The notes beneath the pieces are model-generated. The model did not search any database, had not been told where the DNA came from, and worked only from the letters and a program-made list of their open reading frames with translations. A stretch of DNA of 62,919 bases, counting the filler, from Craspedostauros australis (taxonomy: Eukaryota): assembly GCA_030167865.1 (NCBI GenBank). It is 9 parts of 9 records of this genome, joined end to end, with 100 filler letters (N's around TTAATTAATTAA, not from the genome) between each part and the next. Parts side by side here need not be neighbours in the genome. Positions count along the whole stretch, not along the records: positions 1 to 20,463 come from JALAGF010006424.1; positions 20,564 to 24,427 come from JALAGF010006427.1; 7 more parts are not named here. One strand, given 5' to 3'. The translations under genes and the position numbers were made by a program. Below are positions 11,785 to 24,527 of the stretch, piece by piece; position 1 is the first letter of the stretch, and each line of letters begins with the position of its first letter.

Positions 11785-14094
11785 ATGGTGCACCACATCT
11801 CCCACAGCTCCAGTTCTGTGTCAACCGTTTCGAACAGCCATGAAACTGTGAAAAGCGGCCACCTCCATCACCGCGGATATCATCCATCGTCCAGCGATGG
11901 TGACGAAGAAGACCAGCTCTTCTTCGTGACCAGCTACTCAAACTTCGACAAGCTAGGTGAGTGACATCGTGGACTGCACAGTCGCCCAAGTTCATTGCTG
12001 CTGGTTGCGCACGGCTCCTTGCGATTGCGCTTTCCTCTCTTCCTTGACACAATGCATTGCGTTGTGGTCGTGGTTGATGAAGCGCAGGTTTCGCCGTCGA
12101 AGAACATGGAACAAAGAACATGAACAACGCGAACGCCTTCTTGTCCTTTCTGCCTTCCTCCACGACGAACCGAACAGATTCGTTCTTCCTTTCCACATCA
12201 CAGATGAGAACTCCTCTCTGCCCATGGATGCTCCTCCATCTCGTCCAACCAACTCACTCATCGTCTCCCGCTGTGTCCAATCCGATCCACACACCAACAC
12301 CAACACCACCATTGCTACTCGTATGATGCATTGATGATGATCCACTCGATCATTCTCTCAACACCTATTTGCACACTCTCATCCGTCAGCCCACGGTCCT
12401 CGAGGCACCCAAGCGCAGCACTCGCTGTACATCTACCGCTTCGATCCGGCCGACGGCAGTCTCGTCCTCCTCAACGTCCAAGGCGATGCCGTCTTGAACC
12501 CCGCCTTCTCTCGGTACCATCCCAAGCACAATGCCGTCTACACCTGCACCGAAGACATCGAAGAGGAAGGTCTGATCTACGCATACCAAATCCAATCTGA
12601 TGGACAGTTGCAGCAGCTCGGCGATCCCATCGGCGCCGGTGGAACCTCGACATGCTACCTCACAATTGACAAAGATCAGCAACACCTGCTGGTTGTCAAC
12701 TATTGGGACTCCACCCTTTCCGTCATTCGCATCAACGAAGCAACGGGGGCTCTGGAAGGTCCGGTACGTATCCATCACATCGAATGGCACCATTCCCATA
12801 CCGCAGCAGTCTTCAGACCACAGAACGATCACTCACACGGCCAACCAACATTCCACGACACCTCATTTTCTCATCCACCCCTTTTTCACGTTCCCAAATT
12901 CACCTCTCAATTGCAACCTCTCTTCTATATAATACGCAGATCAAGTCCATGTACGATCCCAAGCATGGCAAGAAGATGGTGGCATCAGCGAAAAAGGATG
13001 GCGGAGCCAACCATTCCTGCAACGATGCTTCCACCATCCAGCAACGGCAGGCTGATCCTCACTCGCATGCGTTGGTGCTGGATCCGTTCGTTGGGGCCGT
13101 TGCGTACGTTCCTGATTTGGGAAAGGACGTCATCCGCGAATTCCTCTACGATCGCACAGAGGGAAAGATCGTGCATGAATCCAACATGCTGCCATCTGGG
13201 CTGTGCACGGGCCATCCCGACGGCCCGAGGTACCTGGAGTTCCATCCGCAATACAACGTTGCCTACGTCGTCAATGAGCTCAGCTCCACAGTGGCAGTGT
13301 TCGAGGTCGATCGCGATCTGCTCCAAGAAATGGACGCGGCGGCGGGCAACCGCGAGGATATGACAAGATTCAAGGGACGCAGCACCTTGCGCCTCATCCA
13401 ATCCATCAGCACTCTGCCACCCGCATTTCCCAAAACGATGAACACCTGCGGACGCATCTGCGTTCACCAATCCGGCCGTTTCGTCGTGGTGAGCAATCGC
13501 GGACACCAATCCATCTGCGTGTACAAGGTGAAGCGCAGGAAGCAAGGTCGGTTGGATCTTGTCGGGCATTTCCACACGCGAGGCGACACACCAAGGCACT
13601 TCCAGTTCGATCATTCCGGACAGTACCTTCTGGTTGCCAACCAGGACACGGATTCTGTCGCCGTCTTTGATTTCAATCTCAGCACGGGCCGCATCCAGTA
13701 CACGGGCAACGAGTACAGCGTTCCTTCCCCCAACTTCGTCTGCTGCTGTCCTGTGTATCCGCTCATGGATGTGGATGAAGAGAGTGTCAATGAAGGCGTG
13801 CCAGCAGTGGCGTCGGTTGACACGGCTGAAGAGGAGCTGGCTGCGACATCCTCGCGCCACTCCCAACATCCCAGCTTTGTGATGCGACACAAAGCATCCG
13901 ATGACGGCGGCGAAACATCCGACAGCGACGATTCCACATTTCGGGCTCATCGCCGACCAAAGCCGAAGGCGCGCACAGCACCGGCATCAATGCTGGCGCC
14001 ACCTTCTGCCTCTTATCCTTCGCTGGAGGAGGAATTGGAGCAAGCTCGGCGAGAGATCGAGCAGTTGCGACGATTGTTGGAAGCTAGAAAGTGA
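11785..14094 (+). CDS. 6-phosphogluconolactonase-like / lactonase 7-bladed beta-propeller (Pgl/YbhE, cycloisomerase-2 family). Exons 11785-11956, 12390-12763, 12940-14094
   Basis: Two GT-AG introns preserve frame. Motifs RQADPHSHA, VPDLGKD, GPRYLEFHP, YVVNELSSTV, VSNRGH, TPRHFQF, VANQDTD. Confidence 0.88.
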
Positions 14095-14673
14095 TGCTGC
14101 AAACGATTAGAGTACATGCAATAGAGGATTACAAACAGAGTACACGAGCACATCTTGGAGAATGCTAAATGGCACCATGAGTCAATGGACGAAGATACCC
14201 TCACTGCTTGTGATTGACAGGATTGATAGTGCTGGAGGCTCCGGTATCAGAGAACCATCTCTCGTCCGCAACGTGCCCGCATGGGTGGCATGGACTTCGC
14301 CGCTTCTGCTCCATGAGGCATTGAGAATGATAACAGTGCTCGTCGTCTCTATTCATTGTTACTTGTATGCTTGAACCATTTGTTCGTCCATGTTTAGTTC
14401 TATTTCGTGGCGGGTTCCGATTTCCACTGCATTGTGCTGCGCACCTCTCTCCCTCCAGTCTTCGCCAATCTACTGTGACGATGCTGGAGAATTCCAAGAT
14501 TCAATCCACCTCACTTCCATGCGGTATCATGAAAGCATTCATCATGATGGATGGAGTGAGTGCCGTAGAGTATAGAAACGTCCATTGGCGGTTGCTTCCG
14601 GCTCGCTGTGTCTCCGCGTACAAAGGATACTGCAGTTCGAGCAGCGTGTGCAGTTGTTAGTCAGCTCTCGAAG

Positions 14674-17600
14674 CTAGAAGCCTCGCCCGTAATGAGACGA
14701 GCCCATGCGATTGCCACCTCCAGCAGCAGTAGCAGCAGCAGCTGTAGCGTGGTTCGGCCCTCCTTTGTATGTCACATCGAAGCTGGTGCCGAGACGCCCG
14801 GTCTCTTTGGCAAAGTTGATCCGCAATGCTCCGCCGTTGACCATGGCGCCACCCAAAGCTTGCCTTGCGGAAACTGCTGCAGCCCTGCTGGCTGTGTTCA
14901 CAAAGCTGAAGGTTCCCTTCATGATCACGCTGATAACTGGTCCGTGGGCGCCGACCAAATCGCGAAGCTGAGCCTCGGTAGTCCCAGCACCATACCCCGC
15001 AATGAACAGGTTCTTGGTGGCCGCATTGCCTCTCTCATCACGAATGTGCGCAAAGCTTGCCTCGTCGGGCGCACCTGGCATCGGCTGGCCTGCTCCTGGT
15101 GGGGGCGGTTGGTACATGCCCATACTGTTAGGATTGCCCGGTGGTGCAGGCGCAGGACCTCCATACTGGGGCCTGCCCATTCCATTTGGCGGTCCACCGT
15201 ATTGTCCTCCTTGCATTGCGGCGGCGCCATTCACACCGTAGGCATTCATAGGGTTGGGTTGATTGTGATGATGTGCGCCGCCACCGCCACCGCCTCCAGC
15301 ACCGCCTCCACCAGGAGTTCGACTCTTCCTTTGTGCTGACCGGATGCGCACGGGTTGACCGCCAATTAGTGCACCCTGCAATGAATCCATGGCGCGCATG
15401 GCACCAGCGGGATCTTTTGTGTTGACAAAACAGAAGCCACTCAACATGACGATATCGCCTACCCGCACGAATGGTGAGAACATCGCCCTGATCTCAGCCT
15501 GCGAGGTATTTGGACCGTACCCACTCAGGTGGAGGTTGCCTTCAGTGCCATTCGCCTCCTTGCCGTGATTTGCTCCACCGGGAGCTGGCATCTGGGCGGG
15601 CGCTGGCATGTGTCCACCAGCTGCGTTGCCTCTGCCGTATACGTTGGTGGAGCCAGCATGGCCATACGAACCTGCCGGCGCACTGGGCTGGCCATACCCT
15701 GCTGATTGCTGGTTCTGGTTCAGTTGGTGGCTTTGAGTGTATCCTGTGTTGTTTTGATGCACGAGCGGTGGCTGAGTTGTCGCGGCGCTGGGGGTCAACG
15801 ATTGCACCATGTTCATCAAGCGTGGTTGGTCATAGATTCCGTTTCCATCCACGAATGTGTGCAGCAAGCCGGGGGACTTTGCAAGTGTCTGCAGAGCCTG
15901 CTCGTTCTGGCCGATAAGAAACATGGGCAGGCCAAGGGACTGCACAAAGTCCGAAGTTGCTCCCGTTGGTCGTGGTGGTGGTGGAATGCCGAGATTGTTT
16001 TGCACCGGCGCATACTGCTGGTATGACTGGGCGGGTGCGCTGGAAGGTGGGGGAGGCGGAGGGATGGCTGCCGGTGTCTGCGGCTGCGGAGTCGGCGTTT
16101 GCTGCGGAACGAAGAACGGAATGGAAGTCACGACGAGGGATGATTGCGATGTCATGTCCAGCGCCTGCTCAACGTCGCTCATGGGCGTTGGGTTCGGAGG
16201 CACATCGCTGTCGCTCCTGTATCGGGCCTGTGTTGCGCTTGCGAGCCTGCCTTGCTGCTTTGCAACCTCCGTGGATTGGGGTTCGGTTGGTGCAACGTCA
16301 GGGACGGGTGGCAGCAATGTTGGCGAGCGCCATGCCATGGTCGGTTGGATAGGCGCTCTGGCCTTCCTATCGCCCATGCCGAAGTCGTCGTCATCATCAG
16401 CGAGCTTTGCCTTTGGCACGCTGGACAGCAGCTGCTTTTCGCGGGTCCTGTCACGCTTCTTTCGATCGGACCAGGACATGGGCACGGAGGCCGCGCTCTC
16501 GCTGCGCTGTTCCACGCTTCCATTCGGTTCGATGAAGCGCGTGGCATTCAGTTCGCCTCCGAAATGGTCAGCCCATTTGACTCGATTCTTCGAGGCTGAC
16601 GATTGGAGAATTGATTGAAATCGGGAGCAAAGAAGGACGATCGGAAAGGGAGGAGGGACGATCGAAGAGCGGTGAGTTTGATGCAAATCTTGAAGTACAA
16701 TTGGTCAAGAAGCACTGCATGCACAAACACAAACCAAGTATCACAGGAATCGGGAGAATGAACGGACGAACGAACGAAACCCATAGTCTCAGAGAAGAAA
16801 GGACGATAAACATCAGCGCCACGCAGGCGGCGCACACCAACGCGAAATTGAGCATTACTTTTGCCCTCACCTTTCTTTGAGACTGTGTTGTGTAGTTTGG
16901 AGACAGCGCTTGCATTCGCTGCGGCATTAGCCTTGGCAACAGCCGGTGATGCCTTGGACAGCTTGGAATCTGTCATTTTGGTGAGCAGGCCAGAGAGTGA
17001 GGATCCGGACGATGATGATGCTGACGATGACGACGATCCTCTGGTTGAAGGAAGCAGAGATGATTTCTTTGGCAGAGCCTGACTTGTTTCGACACGGGTC
17101 CTCTTTGCTGATGGACCATCAGATGTTGCCGGTGCGGCCGAGGATGATGGGAGCGATGATGCCGAAGACGATGCAGAGATGCTGCTCAGATTTCGCTTTG
17201 CCTTTGCATTGGATGTGGTAGCAGCCTGTGCTTTCATTGCCTTGACTGACTTGCTCCACATGTCTTTGATCAGCACGACTCTGTTCTTGATGCTTGCTTC
17301 GTTGGGGGTGCCTGCACAAATCCTGTGCTTGTCGATGGCGCCGATGGCTTTCCCCATGCCGGACTCCTTCACGGCCGCCTTCGTCACTGGGAGCTTGGTG
17401 ACGCTGCTCAGCAAATGAAGGAGCAGGTCGATACCGCCTGTTCGTGCACGAATGTGGTTTGCCATTGGCGATATTATCCATGTGCCGGATGTGCGCAGGA
17501 TGAGGGAGTGTGTGCATGAGAGTGTGTGTGTGAGAGAGAAAGGGAGTTCGAAGAGGTGGTTCGGTGAGGGGCGCGAACGACGATAGAGGAGCCACACAAT

Positions 17601-17932
17601 GTACCGGTTGCGTCATGGATCGAATCCACCAACTGATGGATGCATAGATGCATGGATGGAAGGCTGAACCGACAAAGGCCTCGAACACTTGAGAATCAGT
17701 ATGGCGAGGATACTCGTACGAACGCAGCGCACTTACCGACGGATCCGCTGAGGATGTCATCCATCCACTTCTTCGCAGAAGTGAGGAAACCCGCTGCCAG
17801 GATGTGATGAAGCTCGGGGTTGGTGCTGGGCGTCGCACCAACGAGCAAGAGGATGATGCAACGGCGCTGCTGCAGGATGGCTTTCTGTATTTCCGGACTC
17901 ACGGCCTGGATAGAGCCGGTGCTCTCCGCCAT
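14674..17932 (-). CDS. PNUTS/PPP1R10-like protein: TFIIS N-terminal domain, PP1-docking RVKW motif, Pro-rich region, two RRMs. Exons 17932-17737, 17437-16871, 16595-14674
   Basis: In-frame GT-AG splicing. TFIIS-N-like LLHLL...LPVTKAAVKESGMGKAI...W. KNRVKWAD motif. RRM1 NLHLSGY...GFCFVN and RRM2 NLFIAGY...TFSFVN. Confidence 0.8.
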
Positions 17933-20507
17933 CTACAGGGTGACGCAAGGTGTTGGTAGAGTATGTCGAGGTGAATATACGAGTGAAGCGACAGAATAGA
18001 GCGGAGGTATACGGATAGAGTATGGCAGAGTGGAATAGACAACAAGCAAGTTGCAGGTGTTGAGAGGCGGAAGGTCGTGTCAGTACGAGTATGGCGTGTG
18101 GTTGGGCCCGCTGGGGCTTGGGTGATTACTATTCTACGGAAAGGATAGCGTTCTTTGGGTGTGTGGATAATGAGCAGATAATAGCTTGATGGCCGCGATG
18201 AGCGATTGGATGTCATGGTGGGCCGCATGCATGATTGCGGGATGCAATGGAGGCAAGGCTCGTCCTCCGTGCCCGAGATACGAGCTCAGTGCAACGACTG
18301 ACTGGTTCTGGTACGGAACTACAAAGTCAACCCACTACTCTACTCTGGTATGCTTGATGCTCTTTGGTAGGCAAACATGAGTCATACTTGTAGATCGCCG
18401 GAATGCATTACCTCCTTCATGCAGGCTGACGTTGTGTGTGTATTCCACGGCATGGTGAGATGTGGTTCGATGCATCGATGGAGCGTGGATGGCGCGAACT
18501 GGATTGGATTTTGTTGGAAACCCTTCAATTGCGTGGTCGCACTTGGGCATCTGTTGGCGTTGTTCACGCTCATGCTTGCATGGTCGGCATGATAGCATCA
18601 CTGACGAAGACGTTCGCAGGAGAGATGTCGAATGCATGTATGCAGCCTGGGGTCGTTGGTGCAACGCAGCTGACCTCGGGATGGAGCCTTTGAGGGATGT
18701 TTGGCTGGATCGCAGTTTCCTCTGAACCAAGGTATCTGTAGCTATGCACGCTAGTCAAGACTAAAGCTATTTGTACGTGTTTGCTGCGGATAACAAAACC
18801 TCTGATTGTGGACACCAATTGATTTGGTCTGATTCCTCACAAGGTGCATTATGAATGCAAGGCTGCGAAGTGGTGCGACTATCGAGGATGTCCAGGCTGT
18901 TGCATCGGCAACGTTCGTGCCGTCTCAACGTACGGTCGTGATGGTGCCTGTGTTGTGATCGTTTTTGTATGGTACGGTATGCATGAAGAAAACACGCTGC
19001 GTGTGTCCACGGAAGTGTGCAAAGTCGTGAACGGGTTCACGAACGCATGGCCCAATGGTGACTGGTGTGCGTGGAGTGTACACATGTCCCTGCATGCACA
19101 TACATAAACGCACATGTATGCATGTATACTGCTACAAACGTTGCAACATGTTTGTGCGACAGCTCCGGTGCATACTGCGACGAACGTTACCCAGCAGTCG
19201 CCGATCCACCTTGGCTATGGTGCCTCCTTCGAGGGATAACGCAAAACTGCGAAGCTCTACTCGTACATTGGTGCAAAGGGGAATGTCCACGACGCAGATA
19301 GCGCAGAACTCGGAGGACGGACAGTGCAGCCATTGCTTCCGAAGAGCGCAGCTGGTGTCGATCGATGCAGTCTCGACTTCTCATGGAGAGTAGGCGATTC
19401 TTGGCAATCGTAGTCATGTGGGTGCGGCGATTCCACGATCGTGGCAACGAGAGATGCTCCGCGCAGCATGCTCGGAATGGGAATCGTGCCCATGCCGCTC
19501 CTGCTGTCTTCGTTGATCGAGCAGTATCATGGACGAAATTGATGTTCGTCTTGGTATCGTGGTTGGGGCGATCGTCGGCGGGTGGGCAAAGGCCTGTGTT
19601 GTCTTGTCTTGCCTTGCAATCCAGCCATGGGCGAAGCTGTTCCAACAGAGGACGTCTGCATTGCTGGGGGCTCCAAGTCTCCGTCCAGCGCTGTACTGGG
19701 CGACAGGGTCTGCTTCGTCGCATGAAAAGGGGACGTCCATGCAGCCGATGACCTTTTCCGGCGTTTGCACTCTATTGGCCGTCAATCGGTGTCACCTCCC
19801 CAAGTCGCAGCTACATCGCCAGCCACGAACCATTGCACTTGTCCAACAGTCTGTACTGCCTCTGTTGGTCGGTTGGTCCGTCCACCTATCCGTCTATCCA
19901 AGTCTATCTCCATGTCTTCATTCAAACAGCCTCTTGGTTGCACAAACGCTTCCTTCTGTTTTCAACCTACCTTGAGTAATGTGTTCATGTCTCCAACGAC
20001 AGTCGGGCCTCGTGCCAGTGAGAGATCTTGGAAGGTGAGAGGTGGGAGGTGAACGATGGAGGAAATGAGGCCAAGGCAGGAGCGGCGCCACAAAGGGCGT
20101 TTCATGACGGGAAGGAGTCGTGAGGCACATGCTTCAAATGTGAGACAGCAAGGAAGAACAGGACTGGGAAGCCTGACACAGCATCACAAAGCAGGTGCAG
20201 ATGGCATCACACACATCGCTTGGCCCAGAAGAGAGTGGCAGCACAAATAGATGGTCGCAGACGACAACCGTTGTGGAACGACCAGTAGATGCCACCAACA
20301 CCTCCGTTTGATGCGGTTGAACAGGGACACATCAATGGAGTACTCTGCACGGCTCTAGTCAATAACAGCAACAACGACAACAATACCACGCTTTTCACTA
20401 ACCATTGGCATCCAGCACCTTCTCGACTGCATTCTCAAACGCCGTTTGGGCATTGTCAAAGCCNNNNNNNNNNNNNNNNNNNNNNNNNNNNNNNNNNNNN
20501 NNNNNNN

Positions 20508-20519
20508 TTAATTAATTAA
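20508..20519. other. Artificial scaffold linker TTAATTAATTAA within Ns. Also at 24472, 27546, 46449, 52585, 54054, 58239 and 61026
   Basis: The same 12-mer, with stops in all six frames, is embedded in N runs eight times. Confidence 0.97.
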
Positions 20520-20563
20520 NNNNNNNNNNNNNNNNNNNNNNNNNNNNNNNNNNNNNNNNNNNN

Positions 20564-23500
20564 CAATTCCTTGCGTTGTGGGTCGTATTCTGACCAAACC
20601 TTCATTGGAAAGGATAAACATACTACATTATAACAAGATCAGCGCATCAAGGGCATTCCAATGGGTATAATACCAGCTTGCAAACATCTAGATCCGTCTG
20701 GAAGAGACACTGGTATCCAAATCTGTGAATCGTGTGATACTGCACGGCATGCATCACAATGTACATTCTTCTTCATATCTATGCATTCCACGGATCGTTT
20801 GGAGCGATCCAACCAGCCATATCACTTCAATCACACTCCAAAGAGTACATACATAGAGTGCGGAGTCCTAGATCCATCAAGGAGGGATCCAATTCTATGG
20901 ATGCTAATATCACGCAATACTGCACAATACGCATCACGGTAGACAACGTTCTAAGCATATGCAAACATACAATGTCGGTATTATGCATTCAAAGAAGCGT
21001 TTTGCTTCGGATATACTCAAATGGGTGTGGTCGTGAAGTTTGAAGTCTTAGATCTGTCATGAAGGGATTGCTGTCTACGGATGCTGGTATGTCACAATGC
21101 TGAACGGTGATCATCGTGTTGTGCAGCGTTCTGAGAATATGTGCCAATGGCATGTCGACCATATTCCAATCCAATGCTTTGATGACTCTGAACACACTCC
21201 ATAGAGCACGGATATGCAGCTTGATGCTGTGAATGTATCAGGAAGGCGTATCGAGATGCGCTCAGGTGATCCACGCGTCATGACACCGCTCAGTGCCACC
21301 TGACATCACTATCCGTAGAATTGGATCACTTCCAAATGGATACACTATTTCAAACTTCATGGCGGTAGCTTTTGCAATCTACTTGGAGTGGTGCAGTTGA
21401 TAGCATCTCTCAAGAAGGCCGGCCAAATCCATAGATAGGCAGAAGACTGTACAGCTCCATGCCCACCGCACAGGCCCGTCCCACGCAGAAATCCATGATA
21501 TCAGCATTCATAGAATTGGATCCCTCCTTGACAGATCTAGGGGGCAGCTCTATGCAACGGCTGACAGAACAGTTGGACCAGGTCAGGAAGTGGTCAATGG
21601 GTATGAATACAGAGGGCGTATCATCGTCCCGAGCTTGGGGCCGGGACGGGCACAATCTGAGGTGCCAAGCTTGGAGTTTCCCGATCTGATCGGCCAGGTG
21701 TCGCAGACCAAATCTTGGGCGATCCAGGTTCATGATATCATGGGAGACGTACTCACATTNNNNNNNNNNNNNNNNNNNNNNNNNNNNNNNNNNNNNNNNN
21801 NNNNNNNNNAATGCTGAACGGTGATCATCGTGTTGTGCAGCGTTCTGAGAATATGTGCCAATGGCATGTCGACCATATTCCAATCCAATGCTTTGATGAC
21901 TCTGAACACACTCCATAGAGCACGGATATGCAGCTTGATGCTGTGAATGTATCAGGAAGGCGTATCGAGATGCGCTCAGGTGATCCACGCGTCATGACAC
22001 CGCTCAGTGCCACCTGACATCACTATCCGTAGAATTGGATCACTTCCAAATGNNNNNNNNNNNNNNNNNNNNNNNNNNNNNNNNNNNNNNNNNNNNNNNN
22101 NNNNNNNNNNNNNNNNNNNNNNNNNNNNNNNNNNNNNNNNNNNNNNNNNNNNNNNNNNNNNNNNNNNNNNCCATGCCCACCGCACAGGCCCGTCCCACGC
22201 AGAAATCCATGATATCAGCATTCATAGAATTGGATCCCTCCTTGACAGATCTAGGGGGCAGCTCTATGCAACGGCTGACAGAACAGTTGGACCAGGTCAG
22301 GAAGTGGTCAATGGGTATGAATACAGAGGGCGTATCATCGTCCCGAGCTTGGGGCCGGGACGGGCACAATCTGAGGTGCCAAGCTTGGAGTTTCCCGATC
22401 TGATCGGCCAGGTGTCGCAGACCAAATCTTGGGCGATCCAGGTTCATGATATCATGGGAGACGTACTCACATTCACAGAAGCAATGCGAGCTGGATTGCT
22501 CGTGGAGTGCAGTGGCGGATCGGTCACAGCCTGTAGAGGCGCAGCTGGCGCGGGCATACACGCCAAGCATGGTGACAAAGCAGCCAGGCTGTGCATAACC
22601 CACTGCACACCGGCCACCAACAAAGTCATGCAATTGCACCAAGTGGAGCTGGCAAGCATTTACGGGTCTTTGTCATGCTAGAGGTGATATGCAAGGCATG
22701 CCAAGTCACCCAAGGCAAAGCTGTGCCGGAGTGCAATGCTGTGGGTGCTCTCAAGGATCTCAGCCGAGATTGGCATTTATCCCCAGGGTCCGCAGATGCA
22801 GACCTGCAGAGAGCAGTCCATATTCAAAGTCATGAGCTCCCAATCGAGGTGCAAGGGCGGCACATATAAGGGCACCAAGACAGTGGCAGGGCGTGGGCAG
22901 AGCTAGACGACTGGGCCCACCTCAACATGGAAGCAGATCGACTCGCAGGGGCGGTGCGCGCTTCCCTGTCAGAGGAGTGCGTTTACGGCGGCCATATCTG
23001 AGGGGAGCGAGAGTCATTCCACCGCCAATCCAAGCTGACGTCCATAGGATAGGACAACGTATCGGGGAGCAAGCCACTCGATAAGCGATTGGTATTCTTC
23101 AGGCGCGAAAGGTGTTCAGCAGCAGCGACCAGATACAGTGGGAAGCCATTGCAGGGGAGTTACAAGGCCCCAACCATTCCAAAAGGATTATATCATTCAA
23201 ACTCATTGCAGGAGAGGCGGTGACAGGAAAATGCATGCAACCGTGGGGCCTGCGCAGCTCTGATATATGTCCCAGTTGTGGAGAACAGGAGAGCAGCGCG
23301 CACTNTTGGGAGTGCAAGGACCCTGCCAGGGTGAGAGCGGTGGCAAGGCCTGCGGCTGACACCCGCAACTGGATGAATTGATATACAACCAGCCCAGGCG
23401 TCTCGCAAGCAATGGTTTCAGCTCTGTGCAGTCAGGTCAGCGGCACAGTCTTTCTGCGACCAACAGACATGGGACCAGGAATGAGATCCGCAGTGAGCAG

Positions 23501-24427
23501 TCAGGCATCTGTGGGGTCCATGGCCCTGCAGAAGGGATTGCTATCCAAAGAATGGAGCATCTTGCAAGAAACATTCCTGAGTCAGCATGATGCCAAACGA
23601 ACGGCCAACTAGTTGTCCACACGCTTAATTCAACGCATTTGGGAAATTGCATGGGAGCAGTGGCAGCTTTGTAGTGAAAAACTGTTTCAACAAGAGGAAT
23701 CGGCCGAAGCCAAAATGGAGCAGGCTCTAAGACAGCAAGCAGCTTCAGTCCGGCTTCACCTCAAAGACGCCCATGCCAACAGCGAGAGGTTTGTCAGAAC
23801 AGCTCCAGGAAGTACAGCTCCGGCACAACAAATTGCAGTCTAGTTGGAGCAAGCAGCGCGAATGCTCGCGGAGCCAGCTGCCTATGGCACACCGAGACGA
23901 TGGATATGGAAAAAGCAGCAGGTCCCGAGTGACAAGGGGAGCACTTGACGGATTAAGGAGGGCCACAGGCCCAGCGTCAGTATTCATATCAACTATGTAC
24001 TATGGAGTTCGTGATCCCTTTCCGCATGGCGGGAAATTGAAAGGAGGAGGAGAAAAGTGCAGACGGCACAGATGCCAGAGAGGTAATCCAATCCTTGCGG
24101 TATTCATTAATTGATGGATCTAGGACTCCGCACTCTATGTATGTACTCTTTGGAGTGTGATTGAAGTGATATGGCTGGTTGGATCGCTCCAAACGATCCG
24201 TGGAATGCATAGATATGAAGAAGAATGTACATTGTGATGCATGCCGTGCAGTATCACACGATTCACAGATTTGGATACCAGTGTCTCTTCCAGACGGATC
24301 TAGATGTTTGCAAGCTGGTATTATACCCATTGGAATGCCCTTGATGCGCTGATCTTGTTATAATGTAGTATGTTTATCCTTTCCAATGAAGGTTTGGTCA
24401 GAATACGACCCACAACGCAAGGAATTG
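20564..24427. mobile_element. Long-inverted-repeat (foldback/TIR-like) non-autonomous element with a nested retroelement fragment
   Basis: 20564-20880 is the exact reverse complement of 24111-24427. 20867-20912 continues as the reverse complement of 21496-21541 (42/46 identity). Confidence 0.6.
21542..24110 (+). mobile_element. 5'-truncated, degenerate non-LTR retrotransposon 3' end (RNase H + zf-RVT-like CCHC + C-terminal domain). Includes a 714-bp-offset assembly duplication
   Basis: RNase H-like CS(D/G)GS...ELA(S/G)IYG...RHI.GHQD...LN.EADRLA. CPSCGEQESSAH.WEC. LIQRIWEIAWEQW. Multiple stops and frameshifts. Confidence 0.75.
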
Positions 24428-24527
24428 NNNNNNNNNNNNNNNNNNNNNNNNNNNNNNNNNNNNNNNNNNNNTTAATTAATTAANNNNNNNNNNNNNNNNN
24501 NNNNNNNNNNNNNNNNNNNNNNNNNNN

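Noticed and set aside
12985..16618. Long antisense/overlapping ORFs (e.g. 12985-13950, 14608-15339, 15857-16618)
   Set aside because: Shadow ORFs opposite GC3-rich real genes, with no recognisable motifs.
18000..20463. Many short ORFs upstream of the PNUTS-like gene
   Set aside because: No motifs, consistent frame or splice structure could be supported.
21096..22473. 714-bp-offset direct repeat that could be read as LTRs
   Set aside because: The copies are identical, separated by N gaps, and lack TG..CA ends. Gap-flanking artifact.
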